From: Microcystis aeruginosa NIES-843
GTDB lineage: Bacteria > Cyanobacteriota > Cyanobacteriia > Cyanobacteriales > Microcystaceae
DNA: 32,000 nt
NCBI RefSeq assembly: GCF_000010625.1
Contig: NC_010296.1
Location: forward strand, 1,920,001 to 1,952,000
Direction of reading: 5' to 3'
The translations under genes were made by a program, and so were the position numbers. The notes beneath the pieces were generated by a model that did no database searches, was not told the origin of the DNA, and was given only the letters and a program-made list of their open reading frames with translations. Shown here piece after piece: positions 7,606-16,604 of this stretch; position 1 is the first letter of the stretch, and each line of letters begins with the position of its first letter.

Positions 7606-7925
7606 TGATAGCAGCTTCAATTTTTGATTTACCTGAACTAATTCCTGACCGAGAAATTCTGGAAATTTTGGCCCAAAGTCAGGCTATTCGTCTGGAAAGA
7701 ATTATTTCCACCGGTCAAACCACTCCCAGGGGTCAATGGTACGATCAATCTGAGTTTGAATGGGTGATTTTATTACAGGGATTCGCTGAGATTAGTTATG
7801 AGGATGGCAGCCAAGTTAATCTGCAAGCAGGGGATTATCTGCTGATTCTTCCTCACCAAAAACATCGCGTCGAATTTACTAGCAATAATCCCCCTTGTAT
7901 TTGGTTAGCTATCCATTATCGCTAG
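7605..7925 (+). CDS. Cupin domain protein
   Basis: ORF track. The small beta-barrel pattern is G.W...SEFEWVILLQG.A.I....G..V.L.AGDYLLI....HRVE. The start codon overlaps the aroK stop (TAATG at 7603-7607). Confidence 0.65.
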   Translation: MIAASIFDLPELIPDREILEILAQSQAIRLERIISTGQTTPRGQWYDQSEFEWVILLQGFAEISYEDGSQVNLQAGDYLLILPHQKHRVEFTSNNPPCIWLAIHYR

Positions 7926-7945
7926 TAAAATATAGTTTCTAACTA

Positions 7946-8159
7946 GGGTCTGCTGAATAAATCTAAAAACCTTGTTGGATAAGACTTTTGGACTTTTTTC
8001 CCCTCAAAAAGTGCCAGCCATTGGAGTGATCGGGGGTAAAATTCAGGTACTTTTTCCCTGAAAATTAGGTAACTGACTACCTCAAAATCGGTAAAACCCT
8101 ACACCCTACACCCTACACCCCACACCCTGCCCCCACCAACAAACTTTTTCAGCAGACCC
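7946..8159 (+). mobile_element. MITE-like element, intact copy B (214 bp)
   Basis: The TIR is GGGTCTGCTGAA at both ends (12/12). It is flanked by TAACTA at 7940-7945 and 8160-8165; the right copy contains the hemW stop codon (CTA at 8163-8165, i.e. TAG on the minus strand). The heptamer tract lies at 8093-8127. Confidence 0.88.
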
Positions 8160-8162
8160 TAA

Positions 8163-9335
8163 CTATTGCCAGCGATCGAATAAATCGGTTAAAACTAGAT
8201 TAGAAAACAAAAAACCTTCGGGGTCGCTTAATCTTACCCTGCTATCCCCCTCAATTATTACTAAATTACGCTGTTTATGCGGCTCTAAGACCTCTAAAAT
8301 TGCTTTTTTGATTTCCGAGCCAAAATTAGCTTCAATTGCGGGCAAACTCACACCTTCTGCTAACCTTAACCCTAGCATTAAGGTTTCGAGAAGATCATCA
8401 ATCAAGCTATTTTTCTCCACGTCAATCTGACAGCCTTCTTTTACCCAAGCGAAATAGTCGCGACTTTTGCGCGGACGGGTAAAACGTTGTTGATGAAGAT
8501 AACTAGCAGCCCCCATACCAAAGCCGTAATAGGGACGATTTTCCCAGTAAACCCGATTATGTCGGCATTGATAACCCGGTTTGGCATAGTTAGAAATCTC
8601 GTAATGTTGATAACCGGCTAAAGCTAGTTTTTCACCGGCTAAAACATACATTTTTGCCGTGGTTTCATCATCGGGTAAGGGTTTTTTCCCCGGTTGATAC
8701 TGTTTACCGAAAGGAGTAACCGCCTCTAAGACCAAATCGTAACAGGAAAGATGGGCCGGTTGCAGTTTGATCGCTTTTTCTAGGGAATTTTCCCAATCTG
8801 TCAGGGTTTGTTGTGGCAATCCTGAAATCAAATCCAAACTATAGTTAACTATTCCCAATCCCTGAATTAATTCCACTGCCTGATAGATATCCTTAACAGT
8901 ATGCGATCGACCGGAAACCTGTAATAATGGTTCTTGAAAAGCCTGTACTCCTAAACTAACCCGATTGACTCCTGCGCTAAGATAACCCTGTAATTGTTCT
9001 AAACTAAAGGTAGCCGGATCAATCTCCATAGAAATCTCTATATCGGCCGCAAAATCAAACTTTTTAGCTAAAGTATCCAGAATCGATCCTAATAATTCCA
9101 CCGGTAATAGGGAAGGAGTCCCCCCCCCAAAAAAAATTGTTTCTAGGGGTTTCCCCGTCCCCTGACTAAGGCTAATTTCTTCCTGTAATATTTCCACATA
9201 CTCCACCACAGGGGGAAAAGTCGCCGGATTGGTGCGATTACCAAGGACAAAAATCGGGAAATCGCAGTAAAAACAGCGCCGACGACAAAAGGGAATATGA
9301 ATATAAACCGAGGTTACGGGGTGAAAATAGGACAT
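8163..9335 (-). CDS. hemW: Radical SAM heme chaperone / coproporphyrinogen III oxidase-like protein
   Basis: ORF track. It has the radical SAM cluster motif CRRRCFYCDF near the N-terminus, plus GGGTPS. Its 390-aa length fits the HemW/HemN-like group. Confidence 0.8.
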   Translation of the reverse strand: MSYFHPVTSVYIHIPFCRRRCFYCDFPIFVLGNRTNPATFPPVVEYVEILQEEISLSQGTGKPLETIFFGGGTPSLLPVELLGSILDTLAKKFDFAADIEISMEIDPATFSLEQLQGYLSAGVNRVSLGVQAFQEPLLQVSGRSHTVKDIYQAVELIQGLGIVNYSLDLISGLPQQTLTDWENSLEKAIKLQPAHLSCYDLVLEAVTPFGKQYQPGKKPLPDDETTAKMYVLAGEKLALAGYQHYEISNYAKPGYQCRHNRVYWENRPYYGFGMGAASYLHQQRFTRPRKSRDYFAWVKEGCQIDVEKNSLIDDLLETLMLGLRLAEGVSLPAIEANFGSEIKKAILEVLEPHKQRNLVIIEGDSRVRLSDPEGFLFSNLVLTDLFDRWQ

Positions 9336-9483
9336 TAAAGCGCAGGGAATAGAACTGGACGTTGACCTACTTCAGGGTGATGGTCTGCATGACTAATCTC
9401 GATTGTCAACCGCGTCCCCTGCGAAAGCGGTGTAATTATTACCAGAGTTCGCAGTGAGGACGATCTAAATACGGTTTTCGGTT

Positions 9484-10071
9484 CTACTGTTTTCTCAAGG
9501 ATATAGCCCCTAAGCCGACAACCGCTAACAAACCCACAATTGATGAGGGTTCGGGAACCGTGGGGACAGCGAATACAGTAAACACGGGTGGCCCGTCACT
9601 GTTCGTGTCAGTAGCCGCACGAAAACCGAAGACATCCCCGATATTGACATTAAGGGATACGGGTGCGGCACTGAAGTCCCCGTCTTGAGTCGCTAGGGGA
9701 GTATAGGTCCCGTTGAGAAGATAACCCGCCGAGTCAAATCCAGGAGTATCTAGGGTAAAGTAGCTCCAGTTAAAGAGAATATTACCGGCCCTAGAAGCGT
9801 TGATGGGGATAGTCCAATCGGTTGTACCGGCTGAATTGCTCCCGTTATTGCCACCAGCTAGGACAATTGTACCAGTAGCGGCATTGGTGGTGTCCACTGA
9901 CCCATCGGCATTGGTATTAGTTAATGTCCAATTACTCGGGGCGAAAGGACCGGTAAAGCTAAAGGCGATGGCTTTGTTCGGAAGTGTGGACAATATCCCC
10001 AGAGTAATGGACGTGGCTAGGCCGAGGCTCAGAACGGGATGATAGTTCGCAGGTTGACTTTTATCTCGCAT
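9484..10071 (-). CDS. PEP-CTERM sorting-domain protein
   Basis: ORF track. It has an N-terminal signal-like segment. The C-terminus VPEPSSIVGLLAVVGLGAISLRKQ shows the PEP motif, a TM helix and a basic tail. Confidence 0.8.
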   Translation of the reverse strand: MRDKSQPANYHPVLSLGLATSITLGILSTLPNKAIAFSFTGPFAPSNWTLTNTNADGSVDTTNAATGTIVLAGGNNGSNSAGTTDWTIPINASRAGNILFNWSYFTLDTPGFDSAGYLLNGTYTPLATQDGDFSAAPVSLNVNIGDVFGFRAATDTNSDGPPVFTVFAVPTVPEPSSIVGLLAVVGLGAISLRKQ

Positions 10072-10109
10072 ATTCCAAAGAGGTTGTTTATTGGGAATGC
10101 GATCTCTTC

Positions 10110-13100
10110 TTAACCAAGAGCGTCGAAGAAATAGTTATTGGAGACCAATAATCCTGTGGATAAGGTTCCGACCATTCCTGTCACTTCAATGAAAAGATCG
10201 CTTGCCGCATTATAGCCGGAAATATTGTCATTGACAGCGAGATAACTGCGACGGGTTGTAGTAGTGGCACCAAAGCTAAAGAAGACCGCCTGATTTACCC
10301 CTAACGTTTGCATTCCGGGGGTGTTGGGATCGGCATCGGCGTAGGCGAGGTTTACCGCTTCGGTTAGATTGGCGGCGCTGATAATCCCCGCGTTGAAGGT
10401 AGCGTCTGGAGTCGTGACTAGGTAGATGCGATCGCCTTCATCGGGGTTAAAACTCCGCAGGCGATCGGGATTGGCAAACAGAGAGTCGGTAAAGTTCTGG
10501 TAAACAAAGGTATCGGCCCCCGTGCCACCAGTAAGGACATCTTTGCCGGGGCCACCGTTCAGGATATCATCGCCGGCACCGCCATTTAGGTTGTCATCGC
10601 CTTCCCGCCCGTTGATAATGTCATTATCGTCACCCCCGGCAAAAACATCATTACCGCTAGTACCGACAAAAGTGGGCAGTGCATTTACATCATCATTTAG
10701 GATCGTGACATTACCTCGATCGGTTCCGAGAATCGCTCCGTTTGGGTTAGTGAGGTTAACCGAGAAACTTTCATCGAATTCGAGACCCGTATCCCCCACA
10801 ATCGGGATATCTAGGGTTAGGGCCGTAGTACCGGGATGGAAAGTTAAAGTACCATTGGTGGCGGTATAGTCGGAACCAGCGATCGCTGGATGATTTCCCG
10901 TACCATCTTGGGTAGCGTAATCTACGGTTACGATGCGCGTGCTAGGAATCGAAAGATTGACTGTTAGACGCACCGCGTGACTATCACTATTTTCTTCGGC
11001 AACAGAGGAGCTTGTGATACTGAATCTCGGTGAGAACTGGTTAGCTGCACCGTCGAGGAAGCCTTGATCTTGGGTAATCACAGAGTCTAAGGCAACAGCA
11101 TCCAAGGCCTCATCCGGGATACCTACTCGAATGGCGGCATCGATAGCGGCTTGAACTTGATCGGGGGGTAAATCGTCTAGGGTGATTCGAGGGGGAGAAG
11201 GAGCGTCAGGCGAGGGGGTATCGAACAGGGATTCGCTCTGACGCACCCGCCAGCTATCAGCCCATACTCCGTGCAATTGCTCCCAACTGGGATCAGCTGG
11301 TAATAAAGTCCCATCCCGCAGAGCGAAGTCATTAGAGCGATTACCATCTCCATTCCCCAGAAATCCTTGCATCAGACCTACTCGTTCGTAGGAAGGAAGA
11401 ACAGTTATGTTGATATGATTGCCATTGTCCCAAGCGATAAGTCTATCATCGTCAGCCGTATAGAGCCTCCTGTCTGCTCCAGCATAAATTAAGGTATAGA
11501 CATTATCTTGTCGCTGGATTAGAGAGTTACCAACGGTGAGGAATTGGCCACTGGTTAATGTCATTTTAGCCCCGTCAATTTTGAGTTTTTTGTCTGGCTC
11601 AAAATCTTGATCGAATATAATTTTGTAACCTTCGGTTTGTGTCGAAAAAGCGGTGTTTACAGAAACTCTAGAATCGTAGAACCAAGGTTCTTGACGAGTT
11701 TGAATTTGCCAACCATCAACAGTGGACTTAACGAGAATAAAGTCGCCTACGGATTGCTGATGAAACCAAGAATCAACGCCAGGTTTTTGATCGACTCGGC
11801 GATCAAAATTGAGAAAATGTACATCTCCCCAAGCATCACCTATAAGGCTCCGAATGGGTATTATTTCCTCATAAGATAAACCCCCTAGATCTGTAGTTCT
11901 GACTCGAATACTAAAGTCAAACGGATCTTGGGTGTTTAAGAGTGCGTTAGTTTTGAGTTGATTTCCCACAAGAATAAATCGGCTGTTATCCCTGTCACCC
12001 AGTCCAGATATTAAGCTATAAGTAAAGGCATCACCAACATCAGGATCTACAGTGCTAAAGTTCCCTAATAGTGTGCCAATTGGGAGATTCCCAACAGCAG
12101 GTATTTTGGTGAGAAGAATATCTGTAGGATAGTCGTTATTGAGGATAGTGCCAGTAACCGCGGTGGTTGTACCAATATTATAATCTGTTCCTGTTACTAA
12201 CGTCAAAGCCACGGTCTCATCGCCCTCAGTGATATTAGTATCTATCGTTGGGCTAACAGTTAAAGTCGCCGTTGGGGAATTAGCGGCAAAAGTGACCGTT
12301 CCAGATGTCCCCGTAAAACTGGTAGCACCCACTTGAGTATAATCAGTGTTAAAGGTTGCTGATCCACCGACAAGATAATTAACCGTAAGAGGATTCGTTT
12401 TTGTACCTGTACGAGTAAAGGTGTAAACTAGGTTTCCGCTTGCATTTTCACTAATGCTACTAGGTGAAACACTCAAGGAAATAGTAGGTTTCGGTGGCTG
12501 AATAAAAGTCGCTCCGTAAATTCCCCATCGTTTACCACTGCTGATCTGGGAGAAATCAAACCACCGAACTGCCGCACCATCCCAGGTATCATGACAGGCA
12601 TATTGCCTGGTAGTTGCATCATAACCAATAGCAGTTACAAAATGATCTGTGCCACCATTACCATCCGTATCCACCAAAAATACCATGGGACGCGCATTAT
12701 TGATTTCATTCACGAAGTCATCCCAAGTAAAACCCCCCCAGACTTCATTCCATGAATTAAACTGAGCATAACCTTGATAGTTTGTATACCCGATGATGGC
12801 ATCATCCACATCGTCAAACCAAGACCATCCATAGTAATTACTGATACTACTCCAAGATGTTCTCATAAAGTCGGCTAGAGAATCACTAGAGTGAGCCCCA
12901 CCGAAGACAGATCGATCCTGTAAAAGACCGGTATGTTCATCATCTCTTGGTAGAGAATAATCATTATAGTGGCCACTACTTGCAATAGCTTCGTTTACTT
13001 CATTTGTCTGAGTTGTACTATCTCCTGGAATTAAATTCGGAAAACCATTTCTGTCCCAGTAACCAATCACCATACCTGCTGCAGTTGGACCACAGCCATG

Positions 13101-13787
13101 ATGCCAAATATACTCATATACACCTTGAATTAAAGTGGGTGTTCCTAGAGAAACTTCTCGCACCGTATTAGATAAGGACTGCTGGTTAGGGAAAGGACCA
13201 CCAGCAGGCCCTATTGTGCCGGCATCATTATATATATAGGGGGTACCGCTGATAGGCATTACAAATTGTATGTCATCAGCCAAAGAATCCGGATAAGGCC
13301 CAGAAATAGAAATGAGCGGCAGTGGCGGTGGCGGTTCAATAATCGTTCCTGTTGCTGAATAATTGATGCCGATACCATAACCAGAATTATCAGGAGTCTC
13401 CAAAATTCTTAAGGTTACGGTTTCATCGGATTCTGCATTATTATCAGCATAAGGGTTGACGGTGACGGTAGTTGTTTCTGACCATTCCCCAAAGTGAACA
13501 TAAAAAGCATCACCGTATTGAGGATGACCAAAGTTGATCCCTGTTTGTGAGTAATCACTATAATTAGATGCCGTCCCTTCAATACTTATTAAAACATCTA
13601 AAGCATTAGTGATATTCCCAGTTCGGCTGAAGGTAAACACTAGCTTATCTGCGCCATTTTCGGTAACACTTTCAGGAGATACAGCAACAGAAATAATCGG
13701 TTGTTCATCTGAGAGCGGATTGAACGATAAATTATTGCTTAAATCATCCGATAAACTATAAACAGGAAACAAAGAGATAGTATTCAT
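10110..13787 (-). CDS. Large multidomain surface/secreted protein: Calx-beta-like x3, C39-like cysteine peptidase, cadherin-like, VWD-like, RTX repeats, C-terminal domain
   Basis: ORF track, 1225 aa. Calx-beta-like segments lie at about aa 31-150, 435-552 and 922-1033 (AGSDYTATNGTLTFHPG..., DESFSVNL). A papain-like/C39-like region lies at about aa 220-430 (HHGCGPTAAGMVIGYW, Cys232 codon 13092-13094; TDHFVTAIGYD, His382 codon 12642-12644). A VWD-like region lies at about aa 650-830 (GDVHFLNFD ... GFLGNGDGNRSNDF). RTX nonapeptides lie at aa ~1040-1096 (GGDDNDIINGREGDDNLNGGAGDDILNGGPGKDVLTGGTGADTF; nt ~10500-10670). No N-terminal signal peptide is evident. Confidence 0.85.
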   Translation of the reverse strand: MNTISLFPVYSLSDDLSNNLSFNPLSDEQPIISVAVSPESVTENGADKLVFTFSRTGNITNALDVLISIEGTASNYSDYSQTGINFGHPQYGDAFYVHFGEWSETTTVTVNPYADNNAESDETVTLRILETPDNSGYGIGINYSATGTIIEPPPPLPLISISGPYPDSLADDIQFVMPISGTPYIYNDAGTIGPAGGPFPNQQSLSNTVREVSLGTPTLIQGVYEYIWHHGCGPTAAGMVIGYWDRNGFPNLIPGDSTTQTNEVNEAIASSGHYNDYSLPRDDEHTGLLQDRSVFGGAHSSDSLADFMRTSWSSISNYYGWSWFDDVDDAIIGYTNYQGYAQFNSWNEVWGGFTWDDFVNEINNARPMVFLVDTDGNGGTDHFVTAIGYDATTRQYACHDTWDGAAVRWFDFSQISSGKRWGIYGATFIQPPKPTISLSVSPSSISENASGNLVYTFTRTGTKTNPLTVNYLVGGSATFNTDYTQVGATSFTGTSGTVTFAANSPTATLTVSPTIDTNITEGDETVALTLVTGTDYNIGTTTAVTGTILNNDYPTDILLTKIPAVGNLPIGTLLGNFSTVDPDVGDAFTYSLISGLGDRDNSRFILVGNQLKTNALLNTQDPFDFSIRVRTTDLGGLSYEEIIPIRSLIGDAWGDVHFLNFDRRVDQKPGVDSWFHQQSVGDFILVKSTVDGWQIQTRQEPWFYDSRVSVNTAFSTQTEGYKIIFDQDFEPDKKLKIDGAKMTLTSGQFLTVGNSLIQRQDNVYTLIYAGADRRLYTADDDRLIAWDNGNHINITVLPSYERVGLMQGFLGNGDGNRSNDFALRDGTLLPADPSWEQLHGVWADSWRVRQSESLFDTPSPDAPSPPRITLDDLPPDQVQAAIDAAIRVGIPDEALDAVALDSVITQDQGFLDGAANQFSPRFSITSSSVAEENSDSHAVRLTVNLSIPSTRIVTVDYATQDGTGNHPAIAGSDYTATNGTLTFHPGTTALTLDIPIVGDTGLEFDESFSVNLTNPNGAILGTDRGNVTILNDDVNALPTFVGTSGNDVFAGGDDNDIINGREGDDNLNGGAGDDILNGGPGKDVLTGGTGADTFVYQNFTDSLFANPDRLRSFNPDEGDRIYLVTTPDATFNAGIISAANLTEAVNLAYADADPNTPGMQTLGVNQAVFFSFGATTTTRRSYLAVNDNISGYNAASDLFIEVTGMVGTLSTGLLVSNNYFFDALG

Positions 13788-14667
13788 AATTTCCCCCGTC
13801 TTTCTTCTCGAAAAAAATACCGATAGCGGTTTTCCCGTGAACGAGGCATCTATAAAAGGTTAAAAAATCCCCCCGACGAGAATCGGGTTGTCCCCATTCT
13901 TATTGGCAACCACTATTCCTAACTGACTGCGGAAGCTCAAAAACACTTCAACCGCAATCCCACCCCACAAGGAAGGCTCTAGAAAACTCCACTACCCGTG
14001 ACTAGCATCATCGAGCTTTCGCCTATCTATTCTCTCACCATAAAACTCTCATCTACCGATGGCTTAACCGTGACTCGATCCACCATCTCGAATTTATCGT
14101 AGAATCGCCCTCAGTAGGCAGACCTGAGGGAGGTCAACGGGACACAAAGGGTTAGAAGTCAGAAATCAAAAGGGTTTCAAGATGTCCGACATTCCACACT
14201 TGATCGCGTTTGACACTCGATCGCATCGACCTACCTATGTACAATTTCATTGTAATGAGCCAATGAGTAATTATACTGCATTGTTTACAAAAATTCTTAT
14301 CAGGAAAATCAAGAAGGATGCCCTACAAATCGAACTTGGTTGAGATGAAAAACCCTGTAATAACTATTCTGCCTATCTAGACTAGACAACCAAGGCTAAA
14401 AACTCAAATTAATGCTATTTTACCCTAATTTCTGCCTTTTTATGGGCTAAGAGCGACATATATGCTTTTTGCCGCCAAACCACTCCCTTATCCTACTGTG
14501 ATTTCGTTTATCTTCGTTAAGATGTATTATGGCTGGGGAGAACATCTCCTAGAATGAAGGCAACTTTCCCTACACAAATTAGGAGAACCCCACAGATATA
14601 ATATAAAAGCATCCATACTCATTATTTTCTACCGTCATTCCCCTCTATCCCCTCTGGTATTATCCCC

Positions 14668-15747
14668 ATGCTTGATGCAGTCATAATTTTACTATTCGTC
14701 TTCGCTATTGCCAGTATTGGTTATAGTGGTGTGGACTTGCTGCCGGTTGCTGTCCAGTCGCAAATCAGCAATATTGAAGCTTTACGCTGGTTATCGGCGG
14801 GTTTTGCCTCAATTATTGGTTTAGCTCTTGGTTTAGTTGCCCAAACTACCTATCGTCGTCTAGAAACCCAAGTAAGACAAACTCCGATCGAAGTTATTTT
14901 AACCCGTTCCGTCGGTCTAGTTATCGGTTTGTTAATTGCTAATCTGATCCTAGCTCCGATTTTCTTCCTACCGATTCCCAGAGAATTCTCGTTTGTTAAG
15001 CCGATAATCGCCATTTTAGGCAGTGTTATGTTTTCCTATCTGGGGGTTAGTTTAGCAGATACCCACGGTCGCACTTTTTTGCGTCTGATTAACCCCAATA
15101 GTATGGAATCAATTCTAGTGGCAGAGGGAACCCTGCAAGCTGCCGCCACCAAAGTTGTTGACACCAGTTGTATTATCGATGGTCGTATCGAACAATTGTT
15201 AGACACGGGATTTATCGAAGGACAGATACTAATCCCCCAATTTATCCTTCAGGAATTGCAACAGTTAGCGGATGGCAGTAACGACCAAAAACGAGTCAGA
15301 GGAAGACGAGGATTAGATATCCTAAACCGGATGCAGCAAGAATTCCCCGAGCGTATTATCATTCATCCGGCCGATTATGAGGATATTAGCACCGTAGATG
15401 CTAAATTAGTCCATCTTGCCCAAGAAATTAACGCCACCTTGCTCACTAACGATTATAATCTCAGTAAAGTGGCCAATCTGCAAAAAGTCACCATCTTGAA
15501 TGTCAACGATCTCGCCCAAGCAGTACGCCCGATCTACTTGCCCGGGGATACTTTGGATCTAAAAATTCTCAAAGCAGGAAAAGAACCCACCCAAGGCATT
15601 GGTTATCTAGAAGATGGCACGATGGTGGTGGTAGAAGAAGGAAAAGATTATCTAGGGGGAGAATTGCGGGTAGTGGTGACATCTGCACTGCAAACCTCGG
15701 CCGGACGGATGATTTTTGCTAAACCCCAAAATTCCCTAATTGCCTAA
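14668..15747 (+). CDS. Membrane-anchored PIN/TRAM domain protein (YacL-like)
   Basis: ORF track. It has N-terminal TM helices, a PIN-like core (VVDTSCIIDGR ... LLTNDYNL) and a C-terminal TRAM-like beta domain (GIGYLEDGTMVVVEEG...). Confidence 0.75.
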   Translation: MLDAVIILLFVFAIASIGYSGVDLLPVAVQSQISNIEALRWLSAGFASIIGLALGLVAQTTYRRLETQVRQTPIEVILTRSVGLVIGLLIANLILAPIFFLPIPREFSFVKPIIAILGSVMFSYLGVSLADTHGRTFLRLINPNSMESILVAEGTLQAAATKVVDTSCIIDGRIEQLLDTGFIEGQILIPQFILQELQQLADGSNDQKRVRGRRGLDILNRMQQEFPERIIIHPADYEDISTVDAKLVHLAQEINATLLTNDYNLSKVANLQKVTILNVNDLAQAVRPIYLPGDTLDLKILKAGKEPTQGIGYLEDGTMVVVEEGKDYLGGELRVVVTSALQTSAGRMIFAKPQNSLIA

Positions 15748-15768
15748 AGGTAATAAAACCCAAAAAAG

Positions 15769-15817
15769 CCTCAAATACAGAGCCAGAGGGGATTGTATTT
15801 GAGGAATTTCATTTTTT
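15769..15817 (+). terminator. Rho-independent terminator candidate
   Basis: CCTCAAATACA-(14 nt)-TGTATTTGAGG is followed by aatttcatttttt, 22 nt after the 15747 stop. Confidence 0.6.
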
Positions 15818-15849
15818 AAGGGAAGTTAAGTCACCAATCGAACTATCTA

Positions 15850-16062
15850 GGGTTTGCTAAAAAAGTTTTTCCTGGTGGCAGGGTGTGGGGTGTAGGGTGT
15901 GGGGTGTGGGGTTTTACCCATTTTCAGGTGGTCAATTACCTAATTTTCAGGGAAAAAGTCCAGGAATTTTCCCCCCAATCACTCCAAAGGTCGGCACTTT
16001 TTGAGGGAAAAAAAGTCTAAAAACCTTGTTGGACAAGGTTTTTAGATTTATTCAGCAAACCC
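15850..16062 (-). mobile_element. MITE-like element, intact copy C (213 bp)
   Basis: Ends are GGGTTTGCT... and ...GCAAACCC. It is flanked by TATCTA at 15844-15849 and 16063-16068. The heptamer tract lies at 15881-15915. An internal perfect 13-bp hairpin TCTAAAAACCTTG/CAAGGTTTTTAGA lies at about 16015-16045. Confidence 0.88.
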
Positions 16063-16084
16063 TATCTAGCCAATTTATATCTAA

Positions 16085-16372
16085 TTAGGCTGGTTTATTG
16101 ATTACAGCCATGGACTGACGAGCAAAACCGAAATAACTATCCCAGAATTGTTTCTGACTATCGAGGGCAACTTTGGTGGCGGTTTCTTGGGCGGTTAGAT
16201 AGGATTTCACCCATTCTTGTTGATATTCGAGGGATTTAACCAAAGTTTCTGGAAACTCAAACACTGGTGTAGTCGTGGGAAGACCATTACCCCAAGCGGA
16301 CAGAAGCATTTTCTGCCATTCGGCTAGGTATTTTTGGTATTCTTCAAGATAATTGGTGTTCATAGAAGTCAA
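16085..16372 (-). CDS. Hypothetical protein (95 aa)
   Basis: ORF track only. It is helical-looking with W/Q/E-rich heptads. No family was recognised. Confidence 0.45.
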   Translation of the reverse strand: MTSMNTNYLEEYQKYLAEWQKMLLSAWGNGLPTTTPVFEFPETLVKSLEYQQEWVKSYLTAQETATKVALDSQKQFWDSYFGFARQSMAVINKPA

Positions 16373-16604
16373 ACCGCTAACTAGCCCATCTGGAAGGAGA
16401 TGGTGAGAAAGTGGGGCGGTGTTGCCACCTTCTCGAAAGCAAAAACCGTGACGAGATAAAATATAATATTCTATCCCTTCCTTGATTATAACCTGAGTTT
16501 GCGATCAGCCCCAATCTTTATGCGATCGCCCTAGGCTGGCCCTATTTTTTGGTGACTCGGAACTGACGCTAAAATAATCCTACTCTAGCCATTTTCTCCC
16601 AACT

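Noticed and set aside
10522-10869. Antisense ORFs inside the giant gene (10522-10869, 11607-11879) and the PEP-CTERM gene (9800-10042)
   Set aside because: They lie opposite well-supported CDS and are low-complexity (P/S/R-rich from the antisense of the RTX G/D codons). They have no motifs. They are typical shadow ORFs.
14100-14160. Segment ...GGTCAACGGGACACAAAGGGTT... vaguely reminiscent of the c-di-GMP-I riboswitch core upstream of an adhesin-like gene
   Set aside because: The similarity is limited to a few nucleotides. It is on the plus strand, whereas the adhesin-like gene is on the minus strand. I could not build the paired P1/P2 helices with tetraloop and receptor.
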